Assembly (NCBI GenBank): GCA_963798485.1
Contig: CAWCTR010000021.1
Coordinates: 128,001 to 192,000, forward strand
Direction of reading: 5' to 3'
DNA from: an uncultured delta proteobacterium
GTDB taxonomy: Bacteria > Desulfobacterota > Desulfomonilia > UBA1062
Length of the DNA: 64,000 nt
Positions 20,000 through 29,426 of this stretch are shown in pieces (the first letter of the stretch is position 1; every line of letters begins with the position of its first letter). The notes below the pieces were generated by a model. The model had not been told where the DNA came from, did no database searches, and saw only the letters and a list, made by a program, of their open reading frames with translations. The translations under genes were made by a program, and so were the position numbers.

Positions 20000-20869
20000 A
20001 TGAAACACGCCTTTATCCTCGTTATCACAGGTTTGTCAGGCTCAGGCAAGTCAACCGCACTCAAGGCCATTGAGGATGAGGGCTTTTTCTGTATGGACAA
20101 CATGCCCATCGACCTTATGGATAAATTCCTCGAGCTCTATGACTCGGCCTCATTTAATATCCATAAAGTATGCATCTGTATGGATGTGAGGGCCGGGGCG
20201 CCGTCATTTGCCGAGAAGGCGCCATGGATTATATCCAGACTGCGATCCTATGCCGATAATGTGAGGCTCATCTTCCTGGAATCAAGTAAGGAAAATCTTC
20301 TCAACCGTTATAAGGAAACAAGAAGGAGGCATCCTTTAAGTGATTCCTACCCGAACCTTCTGGATGCCATCGAGGCGGAGATAGACCTCATGGCGCCTCT
20401 GCGGGTGATGGCGGACCTTAGTGTGAATACCTCGCAAATGAATGTTCATGAGCTGGTAAGAAAGATCAAAGAGATCATTTCCACGGAAGACAGATCCCGG
20501 GATATGTATATTGAGGTGTGCTCCTTTGGTTTCAAGAAGGGTCTTCCCATGGATTCAGATATTGTCATGGATGTGAGGTTTTTGCCTAATCCATATTTTA
20601 TAGAAGATCTCAAGGAAAAAACCGGATCCGACAAAGAGGTTAAGGAGTATTTGAGCTCTTTTGAAAGCTACGCCCAATTCATGCATAAATTTAAGGAACT
20701 TATTATATTCATCCTCCCACTGTGCAAGAAAGAGGGCAGGGCATACCTGAATATTGCTATTGGCTGTACGGGTGGCAGACACAGATCCGTGGCGATTGCG
20801 GAAGAGATCAAGGAAGTGATAGAAAATGCCGGATATCCGAGCAGGCTGAAACATCGTGATATCTCCTGA
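20000..20869 (+). CDS. rapZ: RNase adapter / P-loop ATPase RapZ
   Basis: ITGLSGSGKS, CMDNMP, YKETRRRHPL, SFGFKKG, DVRFLPNP and IGCTGGRHRSV motifs. Confidence 0.96.
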   Translation: MKHAFILVITGLSGSGKSTALKAIEDEGFFCMDNMPIDLMDKFLELYDSASFNIHKVCICMDVRAGAPSFAEKAPWIISRLRSYADNVRLIFLESSKENLLNRYKETRRRHPLSDSYPNLLDAIEAEIDLMAPLRVMADLSVNTSQMNVHELVRKIKEIISTEDRSRDMYIEVCSFGFKKGLPMDSDIVMDVRFLPNPYFIEDLKEKTGSDKEVKEYLSSFESYAQFMHKFKELIIFILPLCKKEGRAYLNIAIGCTGGRHRSVAIAEEIKEVIENAGYPSRLKHRDIS

Positions 20870-20884
20870 GGAGGTCAAAGTTCT

Positions 20885-21298
20885 ATGGTCGGTATTATTA
20901 TTGTTGCGCATGGAGAACTTGCCCGTGCTTTTGAAGAAACAGCCCAGATGATTGTAGGGCCAGCAGAGGCATTCAAGGCATGCTCCTTTGTTCAGGGAAG
21001 CGATGTCGATAGCCTTAGGAAGATGCTCAAGTCGTCAATTAAGGAAGTGAACAGGGGTGATGGTGTCATCATACTCACGGATATGTTCGGAGGTACACCC
21101 TCCAATATAAGCCTATCATTCCTTGAAAAAGAAAAGATCGAAGTGATCACCGGTGTTAACCTCCCCATGGTAATCACCGCGCTCACAAAGCGGACAGGAA
21201 AAGAGATAGGAGAACTGGCAAGGCTGCTGAAGGAGGGAGGTGCAAAGAACATACATATAGCCTCTGAGATCCTCGCAACAAATGTGGCTGAAAAATGA
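20885..21298 (+). CDS. PTS mannose/fructose-family EIIA component
   Basis: IVAHG phospho-His, LTDMFGGTPSN and TGVNLPM motifs. Confidence 0.93.
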   Translation: MVGIIIVAHGELARAFEETAQMIVGPAEAFKACSFVQGSDVDSLRKMLKSSIKEVNRGDGVIILTDMFGGTPSNISLSFLEKEKIEVITGVNLPMVITALTKRTGKEIGELARLLKEGGAKNIHIASEILATNVAEK

Positions 21299-21783
21299 AT
21301 GTAGTACTTGTAAGGGTGGATGACAGGTTTATTCATGGACAGATTCTTGAGTCATGGATACCTCATTTGAAGGCCCAGGGTGTCATTGTAGCAAATGATG
21401 GTCTTGCCGGTGATCAGATTCAAAAGACCATCATGTCTATGGCCATACCCGATAGGATCAAACTCAAGATCGTGAGTCTGGAAGATGCAGAACGTCTCAT
21501 GGATGACTGCGATTTACAGGGGAAACGTTGCCTGGTGATCGTATCCAATATTAAGGATGCATGCCGTTTATTTTCCAATGGTTTTATATTCACCAAACTC
21601 AATATTGGGAACAACAAGGCTGCAGGACCATCAAAACAGCTCTCCTTTTCCGTATGGGTAGACCAGGAAGACCTTTGTCTCATTAAGTCGCTCATGGACA
21701 AAGGTGTCGAAGTTACCCTGCAATCCGTACCACGAGAGCGCCTTATTGACATGAAATCCATTATTGATATGGTAGATATATGA
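21295..21783 (+). CDS. PTS mannose/sorbose-family EIIB component
   Basis: RVDDRFIHGQ phospho-His motif and LNIGN. Confidence 0.93.
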   Translation: MNVVLVRVDDRFIHGQILESWIPHLKAQGVIVANDGLAGDQIQKTIMSMAIPDRIKLKIVSLEDAERLMDDCDLQGKRCLVIVSNIKDACRLFSNGFIFTKLNIGNNKAAGPSKQLSFSVWVDQEDLCLIKSLMDKGVEVTLQSVPRERLIDMKSIIDMVDI

Positions 21784-22454
21784 TAACGGAAGGCTTCATG
21801 GGGGTGCTTGCAGGTTCGCTCCTTTGGCTGGATAGGGTATATATATTCCAACTCATGATAAGCCGTCCCATGATCATGGGGCCGATTATCGGATTTGTCA
21901 TGGGTGATGTGAAGATCGGGATACTTATTGGGGCATCGTTAGAGCTCCTCTGGCTCAATGCCCCGCCGGTCGGGAGCTATCTTCCCAACGATGAGAGTTT
22001 TTGTACTGCAGTTGCAGTACCTGTAGCCGTAATGGCAGGCTCATCCATGGACCATATGGCAGCATCGGGTTTATCCATTTTATTGAGTTTGCCGGCCGCC
22101 CTTGTGGGCAGATCTCTTGATATGCGCTTGCGAACGTTAAATGAAGGGCTCATCCCCGCAGGTTCACCGGTAATGGAAAATGATGTTTCAATAGCCATGA
22201 GAAAGTCTGTAGCAAGGGCTTTTTTGCTGGCGTTTATTATGGTTTCTGCTTGTGTCATTCTACTCGGTGCCATTACCTTTTTTATTAAGACCGTTATCCC
22301 TGATGGAATACTTGCCGCACTGAAGTTTATGCCCTTTGCATGTGTGATCATAGGTCTTGCAGCCCTTATGTCAAAGGGGTTGCCAAGTAAATCTCATGCA
22401 TGTGTCTTCTTCCTGGGCATGACCCTTGTACTCCTGCTCACATGGATCCTGTAA
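21780..22454 (+). CDS. PTS mannose-family EIIC component
   Basis: Hydrophobic protein with SRPMIMGPIIG...GILIGASLELLWL...PVGSYLP pattern. Confidence 0.85.
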   Translation: MITEGFMGVLAGSLLWLDRVYIFQLMISRPMIMGPIIGFVMGDVKIGILIGASLELLWLNAPPVGSYLPNDESFCTAVAVPVAVMAGSSMDHMAASGLSILLSLPAALVGRSLDMRLRTLNEGLIPAGSPVMENDVSIAMRKSVARAFLLAFIMVSACVILLGAITFFIKTVIPDGILAALKFMPFACVIIGLAALMSKGLPSKSHACVFFLGMTLVLLLTWIL

Positions 22455-23653
22455 TCATCCTTCTGGCAACCTCTGATCACGTCCGGGAAATAATGGTTAT
22501 AGAGCGCATATCTTTTCCATCCCCATGGGATGAGGAAACATTTTTTATTTCGCTGGAGGACGAAAGATGCAACTCGTTCGTAGCAATTGAAGATGGGATG
22601 GTCGTAGGTTACTGTCTCGCACTGAACCTTTCAAACATGGCCCACATTCTCAATCTGGCCGTACATCCGGATTATAGAAGGCATGGTATAGCCAGGCAGC
22701 TGGTAAAAGAGATCCTTATGGACGCAGCAATAAAAGACAAGGTATATGCCGTATTAGAGGTGAGAAGATCCAATGTGCCTGCACGGTCGCTCTATGCATC
22801 CATGGGGTTTTCTCACGTGAGTACATGGAGCAGATATTATACCGATACCAATGAGGATGCAGCAATCATGGTGAAGGACTTGCGATCAGGTATGGTTCAA
22901 GATGTGGAATGCACTGTTATCGGAAATGTCAAGGTTGCAGCCCAAACCTTTCATATTGTTCTTGAAGGCGAGCTGCCGCTTTCTGCGCCGGGCCAGTTTT
23001 CCATGGTACAGATAAGCAATGGTATGGAGCCGTTTCTCAGGAGGCCGTTGGCGATTCTCGGGCAGAAAAGCAAGCGTCAGGAAATGCTTTACCGCATCAG
23101 GGGTGAGGGCACAAAGATCCTTTCAGGGAAAGAGGAGGGAGAGACCGTCAAGGTGCTCGGCCCTCTGGGGAGAGGGTTCACGCGCCATGACGGAAAAAAG
23201 ATTGTCTATGTTGCCGGAGGAACCGGTTTGCCGCCGGTTCTCTCACTTGCAGAACGTATCAAATCAGGCCATTTTATCTTCGGTGCAAAGAACCGGTATG
23301 ACCTGCCATTGCTTGAGCGGATACAGGCCATCCCCAATACCGAGATCATCATAATGACCGAGGACGGATCTCTTGGCAATAAAGGCCTGGCAACGGATGT
23401 TATCGGTGATGTTATAAAAGATGGAGATGATGGTGAAGATACTATCATTTATGCCTGCGGGCCTGAAGGCATGTTGAAGGAGGTATCAATGCTGGCAGCC
23501 AAAACCGGCATCTTATGTGAGATATCGCTTGAAGAACACATGTCATGCGGGTTCGGCGCCTGCACAGGCTGCGTGGTTCGGACCATAAAGGGAAACAAGA
23601 GGGTCTGCAGAGAAGGGCCGGTGTTTAATGCCCTTGATATCATCTGGGGTTGA
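22442..23653 (+). CDS. pyrK: Fusion of a RimI-type N-acetyltransferase and dihydroorotate dehydrogenase electron-transfer subunit PyrK
   Basis: N-half: SFPSPW, HILNLAVHPDYRRHGIA, LEVRRSN, YYTDTNEDA. C-half: PGQF, LRRP, GPLGRGF, AGGTG, YACGP and CGFGACTGC...C [2Fe-2S] motif. No intervening stop. Confidence 0.9.
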   Translation: MDPVIILLATSDHVREIMVIERISFPSPWDEETFFISLEDERCNSFVAIEDGMVVGYCLALNLSNMAHILNLAVHPDYRRHGIARQLVKEILMDAAIKDKVYAVLEVRRSNVPARSLYASMGFSHVSTWSRYYTDTNEDAAIMVKDLRSGMVQDVECTVIGNVKVAAQTFHIVLEGELPLSAPGQFSMVQISNGMEPFLRRPLAILGQKSKRQEMLYRIRGEGTKILSGKEEGETVKVLGPLGRGFTRHDGKKIVYVAGGTGLPPVLSLAERIKSGHFIFGAKNRYDLPLLERIQAIPNTEIIIMTEDGSLGNKGLATDVIGDVIKDGDDGEDTIIYACGPEGMLKEVSMLAAKTGILCEISLEEHMSCGFGACTGCVVRTIKGNKRVCREGPVFNALDIIWG

Positions 23654-24564
23654 ACATGGATACATCAGTCGAGATTACTTCCGGTCTTATCTTGAAAAAC
23701 CCTCTTATGAGCGCCTCAGGCACCTTTGCCTATGGGGAGGAGTTCTCTGAGTTTTTTAATCTTGCTCTTCTGGGCGGCATTGTAACCAAAGGGCTTTCCC
23801 TTGCCCCAAAGGACGGCAATCCGACACCTCGAATCGTAGAGACACACTGCGGCATGATCAATTCCATCGGACTTGAAAATATTGGTATCCCCTGCTTTAT
23901 TAAGGAAAAGCTCCCGTTTTTGATGGGGTATGATACACATACCATCGTGAACTTTTTCGGCACCACGGTGGATGAGTATGTGCGTGCCGCCCAAGCCCTT
24001 GACAAGGACGGCATATCGGCCCTGGAGATGAATGTTTCGTGCCCCAATGTGAAAAAGGGAGGCATCGAGTTTGGGAGAGACCCGGAAGGGCTCCATACCC
24101 TGGTAAAAAAGGTCCGTGATGTTTGCGGGAAACCCCTGATTGTCAAACTCTCCCCCATGGTCAGCGATATCTCAGGGATTGCACTGGCTGTCCAAGAGGC
24201 TCGTGCTGACGCCATAACCTGCATCAATACCCTGCCTGCCATGGCAATCGATGAGAAAACACGAAGGCCTGTGCTCGGCAATATAACTGGGGGGCTTTCA
24301 GGTCCCGCCATCAAGCCGGTTGCCTTGAAAATAGTCTGGGATGTTTCCCGAATTGTACATATACCCATTATAGCATCCGGCGGTATCACATCCGCCCGAG
24401 ATGTCATCCAGTTCATGCTGGCAGGCGCCACAGCGGTGCAGATCGGCAGTGCAGCCCTACGGGACCCGTTCTGCTATCATAAAATCATTGATGGAATCCG
24501 TGCCTATATGGAGGAATTCCATATTAAGGCTGTATCCGAACTCATTGGGGCCATTGAAATTTGA
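23650..24564 (+). CDS. pyrD: Dihydroorotate dehydrogenase family 1B catalytic subunit
   Basis: ASGTF, GNPTPRI, NSIGLEN, EMNVSCPN, VKLSP and GGLSGPAIKP motifs. Confidence 0.96.
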   Translation: MNMDTSVEITSGLILKNPLMSASGTFAYGEEFSEFFNLALLGGIVTKGLSLAPKDGNPTPRIVETHCGMINSIGLENIGIPCFIKEKLPFLMGYDTHTIVNFFGTTVDEYVRAAQALDKDGISALEMNVSCPNVKKGGIEFGRDPEGLHTLVKKVRDVCGKPLIVKLSPMVSDISGIALAVQEARADAITCINTLPAMAIDEKTRRPVLGNITGGLSGPAIKPVALKIVWDVSRIVHIPIIASGGITSARDVIQFMLAGATAVQIGSAALRDPFCYHKIIDGIRAYMEEFHIKAVSELIGAIEI

Positions 24565-24700
24565 TATAACCCCTTCTTTGCAACGGGCATAGGTTATCAT
24601 GAAGGATCTCCTTCTTACGGATATCCTTTTTGATGAGCTTTCTAATTCATGCCCTCTGACAGAAAATTTGTATGGATTGATTATGTAGAGAGGTCTTATT

Positions 24701-26986
24701 ATGCTCAGCGAAATCGGCAGATCCAACCCTCTTGTTATCGTATTCGTCTCGCTCTGCAGCGGAATTCTCCTTTGGCTGCATGATATCCCAGCGCTTTTTT
24801 TCTGCTTAATCATCCTATCCTGTCTCATCTCAAGGTCCAGGATCATACATGCCGTCATAGGGATCATATTAGGTATTGTGTCAATATGGCTTGCCCCTTC
24901 ATGGGTGGATCTTGAAGAAGGCTTGCATACCATTGACGGTGTTGTTGTCTCATCCGAGTATGGGGAAGGCACATACAGGATGATTCTGAAAAATGCAAAA
25001 ATGGATGGAAGGAAGGTGAGGGGGCATGCCCAGTTGAGCGTCTACCGGGATGTAGTCGATCTTGCACCTGGTTCAGTGGTAGGCGCTGTTGCAACGTTCA
25101 GGGCACAGATGGGATTTGGTAATATCGATGAGTTTGACTATAAGCTATTCCTCCTGTCCAAAGGCATTGTCATGAAGGGTGTCGTAAAAAGCCCTGATGA
25201 TTTTACCATTAAACGATATGTAAGACCATGCGGTCTAAAGTATGCAATAAACTCGTCATTGTCAGGGCTTACGAAACCTGAGGCCGAGGTATTGAAGGCA
25301 ATGCTCACCGGGGATACATCCGGCATAACCGATTCAATACAAGACAGGTTCAATTCTCTTGGCATCTCCCACCTTATCGCCATTTCCGGGCTCAATATGG
25401 CTATCATCATGATTATCGGCTACACGGTGATCTTCAGCCTCTTGAGGATCATTCCCCCTGTGGCGCTTCGGCTCGATGCCCCCTTTATAGCACAGGTCGG
25501 GGCCGTCACAGCCGTGGTTATCTATACCCTGTTCGTAGGACCCATTATCCCGACTTTGCGGGCCGCGATTATGGCCTGTTGTGTAATCATAAGTTTCTTC
25601 CTGCACCGGAAACCCCATGTTCTCGAAAGCCTTGCAATCTCCGGTATCATCATCCTTATTCTCTGGCCATATTCTCTTTACTCGGCCAGCTTTTTACTCA
25701 CATTTGCAGCTGTCCTGGGGATTATAGGAACAATCCAAAAGGGCGCCGCGTTGCCACAATGGGCTCATCTCATTACCATACCTGTCATTGTCGCCGCATT
25801 CACCATGCCCATCATCATCTACCTTTTTGGGTTCATCTCGTGGTCAGGTATCCTGGTAAACATCATCATAGTCCCCTTTTTCAGTATTGCAATCATGCCT
25901 GTCGGGATAGCAGGGCTCATCGTTTTCCCTTTTTCACACGCATTGGCTTCTTACTTATTTTCACTTTCCAACGATGCCATCGGTCTCCTGATGCTGATGA
26001 GCAAAATCTTCGGTACCCTGATCGCAGTTCCAAGACCTCCGATCTATTGGGTTTATTCCTGCTATGGCGGCCTTATCATTGCATTTTTCGCTGCAAGATC
26101 TCTCTCGCGAACCTTATCACTTGTTGTGTTTTGCCTTGCAATCGTGTCCATACCCATAATGCAAAATCGCATTGCCATGGGAAGACCCCTTTGTTTTGAT
26201 TTCATGAGCGTAGGCCAGGGTGACAGTATTCTCATAACCAAAGGGTCCCATGCAGTCCTGATAGATGCCGGTCCGGCACAGGCAGGGTTTGACATGGGAA
26301 GGCACGTTGTGGCGCCGCACCTGTTGGCAAGGGGTGTTGCCTCATTGGATTTGGTAATCGTCACCCATATGCACCCTGATCACGCAGGGGGGATCCCCTA
26401 TATGCTTGAGCGATTCCCCGTTACAGAGGTATGGACCAATGCGCCTCAGATTGACAATCCCAATTTCCAGGAGATAGCCCGCATTACGAAAGAAAAATCC
26501 ATTCCCATGAAAAGTGTCTGTCTTGGCGATAGTCTTTATTTGGGAAGTCTGGCCATTGATGTCCTGGGCCCTCTGGCACGGTTTGATGCCCAAAAGGGCA
26601 AGCTGGATATGAACATGCAATCTGTTGTGGTGCTTGCAGGTGATACCGGCATGAAGGGGCTCTTCATGGGTGATGCGGACATGTTCGGCGAGCTTATTAT
26701 CGCGCATCTGGAAAAGAACATCAATGCCGACGTGCTCAAGGTTTCCCACCATGGAGGGGAGAGGTCTTGCCTTGATCCGTTCCTTGATGAAGTAAGGCCC
26801 AAAATTGCTGTTATCTCGTGCGGCCTGAATAATGTATATGGCGATCCATCCCCTGAGCCCTTGATGCGACTTAACAAAAGAGGGATAAAGACATACCGGA
26901 CAGACCAGCATGGAGAGATAATGATTACATCTTTGTCACCGGTATTTGAGGTAAAGTCGGGCCATCCACCTGCCGATAATCATTAG
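24701..26986 (+). CDS. comEC: DNA internalization competence protein ComEC/Rec2
   Basis: Competence domain GISHLIAISGLN with multiple TM segments, plus metallo-beta-lactamase domain VGQGDS, THMHPDHAGG, LKVSHHG. Confidence 0.94.
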   Translation: MLSEIGRSNPLVIVFVSLCSGILLWLHDIPALFFCLIILSCLISRSRIIHAVIGIILGIVSIWLAPSWVDLEEGLHTIDGVVVSSEYGEGTYRMILKNAKMDGRKVRGHAQLSVYRDVVDLAPGSVVGAVATFRAQMGFGNIDEFDYKLFLLSKGIVMKGVVKSPDDFTIKRYVRPCGLKYAINSSLSGLTKPEAEVLKAMLTGDTSGITDSIQDRFNSLGISHLIAISGLNMAIIMIIGYTVIFSLLRIIPPVALRLDAPFIAQVGAVTAVVIYTLFVGPIIPTLRAAIMACCVIISFFLHRKPHVLESLAISGIIILILWPYSLYSASFLLTFAAVLGIIGTIQKGAALPQWAHLITIPVIVAAFTMPIIIYLFGFISWSGILVNIIIVPFFSIAIMPVGIAGLIVFPFSHALASYLFSLSNDAIGLLMLMSKIFGTLIAVPRPPIYWVYSCYGGLIIAFFAARSLSRTLSLVVFCLAIVSIPIMQNRIAMGRPLCFDFMSVGQGDSILITKGSHAVLIDAGPAQAGFDMGRHVVAPHLLARGVASLDLVIVTHMHPDHAGGIPYMLERFPVTEVWTNAPQIDNPNFQEIARITKEKSIPMKSVCLGDSLYLGSLAIDVLGPLARFDAQKGKLDMNMQSVVVLAGDTGMKGLFMGDADMFGELIIAHLEKNINADVLKVSHHGGERSCLDPFLDEVRPKIAVISCGLNNVYGDPSPEPLMRLNKRGIKTYRTDQHGEIMITSLSPVFEVKSGHPPADNH
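26952..26979 (+). promoter_or_regulatory. sigma28 (FliA)-type promoter of the minor pilin operon, embedded in the comEC 3' end
   Basis: TAAA-GTCGGGCCATCCACCT(16)-GCCGATAA: both boxes match the FliA consensus, 29 nt before the fimT start. Confidence 0.78.
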
Positions 26987-27007
26987 GAAGGACTAGGAGG
27001 GCTTGGA

Positions 27008-27517
27008 TTGTATAAAGATTTTAGCAAAAACAACTTGCGAGACAACAAACACGGTTTCTCGCTCCTTGAGCTGATGGTTGTTATCATAATCATCGCTATC
27101 GGCGCAGCAATAGCCATACCCAATATGTCCGGCTGGTTCGGCAAGAAAAATCTCGATTCCATTTCACTGCAAATGTTCTCCGATTTCCATCGGGCAAGGA
27201 GCGAAGCTATTAGCAGGGGTACGACTGTTCTTGTCCAGATTAAAACAGGAACGAACAGCTGGTATAGTGTGCAGGATCAACAAGGAAATGTGATTATTCC
27301 CCAAACTAGCATGCCCCAGGGTACAATAATTTCAGGTACAACATTTCCCCTCAGTGGTACAATCAATATTGCAAGCCTGAATTCTCAGGGATTTGAAATT
27401 CTGCCAGGCACAGGCAATCCAGACTCAGTTACCATTCAGGACATTAACGCCCCTTCTGCCAACAGAAACAAAACAATTACCCTTTCCCTTGGCGGGGCTA
27501 TGAGTATAGCGCCATGA
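27008..27517 (+). CDS. Type IV minor pilin FimT/FimU (GspH-like)
   Basis: Prepilin cleavage motif G|FSLLELMVV, then ARSEAI; AGGAGG RBS before a TTG start. Confidence 0.88.
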   Translation: MYKDFSKNNLRDNKHGFSLLELMVVIIIIAIGAAIAIPNMSGWFGKKNLDSISLQMFSDFHRARSEAISRGTTVLVQIKTGTNSWYSVQDQQGNVIIPQTSMPQGTIISGTTFPLSGTINIASLNSQGFEILPGTGNPDSVTIQDINAPSANRNKTITLSLGGAMSIAP

Positions 27518-28179
27518 ACAAGTGTAGACCTATTCTTAACAACAAAGGCCTCACGCTCATAGAGCTCATGATCGTTCTGGTCCTTTCGCTTCTGCTCATG
27601 GCGGCCGTATACCTGACTTACCAGCTCCAGCATGCCTCCGGTCAGTCACAGGCCCAGGTGGTAGCCACCCAGCAGGATTTGAGGGCAGCAATGGACATCA
27701 TATCCGTTGACATCATGAATTCCGGCTATAACCCAATCTATCCTACATCACAGCAGCAGATCCAGGGAATAGCCAACACCAGCGGGGCATCCTCTCTGGA
27801 GCTCGTGATGGATCTTAATGGTAACGGTGCCACGAACGGCGTAAGTGATGTAGGTGAGGATGTCATCTATAATCTGCCAGGGAATCTGCAAAGGAGAAGT
27901 CTTACCCGGACATGCTCCAACCCTGGTGGAAATATAATCCAGGTCATTGCAAACAATGTTACTCAATTGTCTTTCACCTACTTGGACCAATATTACAACA
28001 TTATCACGCCTTCGGGCCCTGGAAATACCCTTACTAACACTCAGGTTCAGCAGTTGGTTAAATTTATTCGGGTGACCATCATAAAACAAAGTGATCAGAA
28101 AGATCCCCAAACACATAATTATCTCACCAGAGAACTTGAGCGTACTGTTTGTATACGTAATGGATGGATAAATGGATAA
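27514..28179 (+). CDS. pilW: Type IV minor pilin PilW
   Basis: G|LTLIELMIVL prepilin motif and QQDLRAAMDII...DIMNSGY. Confidence 0.85.
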   Translation: MNKCRPILNNKGLTLIELMIVLVLSLLLMAAVYLTYQLQHASGQSQAQVVATQQDLRAAMDIISVDIMNSGYNPIYPTSQQQIQGIANTSGASSLELVMDLNGNGATNGVSDVGEDVIYNLPGNLQRRSLTRTCSNPGGNIIQVIANNVTQLSFTYLDQYYNIITPSGPGNTLTNTQVQQLVKFIRVTIIKQSDQKDPQTHNYLTRELERTVCIRNGWING

Positions 28180-28579
28180 GGTGATCATTAATTACCATCA
28201 TAAGAAGCCGGGCGGATTCACCCTCATTGAGCTCGTTGTTGCCATCCTCGTCTTTGCCATAGGCATCGTGGGGATCTTGAAGATGTACCAGGCCTCCATA
28301 CAAAGTAATAATTTCAGCATGCAGCTCACAGAGGCCATGAACATTTCACAGGACAAATTCGATTTCCTTAGAGGACTTGGAATGACTAGCACCTCCATGT
28401 CCATAGGTTATCATAATAACGTGAATCCGGAGATTGTTACATCCATGGGCGTGCCGTATAAGGTCTCATGGAAAGTGGATCAGATAGCCAGTTCCCTGGA
28501 TAAGGTGACGCTCACAATTGCATGGAATGAAAAGGCTATTCCGCACACAATCAGCATATACGAGCTATTTGCGCCATGA
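28172..28579 (+). CDS. pilV: Type IV minor pilin PilV
   Basis: G|FTLIELVVAILVFAIGIVG prepilin motif. Confidence 0.85.
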   Translation: MDKVIINYHHKKPGGFTLIELVVAILVFAIGIVGILKMYQASIQSNNFSMQLTEAMNISQDKFDFLRGLGMTSTSMSIGYHNNVNPEIVTSMGVPYKVSWKVDQIASSLDKVTLTIAWNEKAIPHTISIYELFAP

Positions 28580-28601
28580 ACAGAGACGGGGAGCCTTTGA
28601 T

Positions 28602-29054
28602 ATGATGAAAAATGTCCTAAAAGACCAGGAAGGCGTGGTTCTCATACTCGTGCTCATCGTCCTGGTAGCTGCCATCATCATGGGTTTGATGATCATCAGA
28701 TCCTCGGTACAGGAATCGAGAATAGCAGGAAACGAGCAAAGGCACCTCACCCAGTTTGTCGATCTTGAAAGCGCTGTGAACCTCATCCTGATAGAGAACA
28801 CACAATCGGTTTCTGCGGTATCTGATCTCATTGGTACTTCAACCAGCACTATGCCGGCGCCTGGTAATTCTGGCTCAACAGTAAAGGTTGTAGTGACGCT
28901 CACGAATATCGGTACGGCTTTGATTGGAACAGGCAACAGTACTAATTTAAAAACCAGGTATTATACGATCAAGGCAACAGATAATACAGACGATCAGAGT
29001 CTTACCATTGGAGCATACAAGGTATTCCCTTCAGGGCAACCAGTCACACAATGA
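28602..29054 (+). CDS. pilX: Type IV minor pilin PilX
   Basis: G|VVLILVLIVL lacking Glu5 (a PilX hallmark) and ESRIAGN. Start moved to ATG 28602. Confidence 0.82.
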   Translation: MMKNVLKDQEGVVLILVLIVLVAAIIMGLMIIRSSVQESRIAGNEQRHLTQFVDLESAVNLILIENTQSVSAVSDLIGTSTSTMPAPGNSGSTVKVVVTLTNIGTALIGTGNSTNLKTRYYTIKATDNTDDQSLTIGAYKVFPSGQPVTQ

Positions 29055-29061
29055 GCCTTAA

Positions 29062-29342
29062 CCCGTCTTTCGCAATTCGAGCTGTAGTTGTATAGTATTG
29101 GTAACTACTTGAATTTACGATATCAGGCCTCAAAAGGTCGGCACTACACGAGAGGCATTTTCCCGAGATGAGGTAAGTGTAATGGTCGCGATACGTGGAG
29201 ATGACTGTTTGGGCAGATTCAGGTCAAGCCGATGAAGCAAGAGTTTCTGGTCCTGATCCGGCTGAGTGTACCGGGATAATATTAATCGACGTCCATCCAT
29301 GGTGGGGAGATGAATATCCACCATCTGCATTGCAGAAAACAC
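29062..29342 (-). mobile_element. Remnant 3' end of an IS1634-like element (transposase C-terminus and probable terminal repeat)
   Basis: QMVDIHLPTMDGRRLILSRYTQPDQDQKLLLHRLDLNLPKQ resembles IS1634-family transposase C-termini (from recall). CCCGTCTTTCGCAATT at 29062 looks like an element end. Confidence 0.72.
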
Positions 29343-29396
29343 ATAGCGTTCTTAGGCGCTTCTGGCTTCAATGAGGTTTTCATAGGCGTGCAGATA
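29343..29396 (-). pseudogene. Tiny remnant of an IS3-like transposase/integrase
   Basis: Minus strand reads YLHAYENLIEARSA*ERY, resembling the IS3-family YLHAYExxxEARxxIxRY segment; in-frame stop. Confidence 0.4.
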
Positions 29397-29426
29397 GGTC
29401 CATCAGAACCGTTCTTCTCACCCAGA

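Noticed and set aside
24599-24688. 29-aa small ORF between pyrD and comEC (MKDLLLTDILF...)
   Set aside because: Weak RBS and no recognisable features; indistinguishable from chance.
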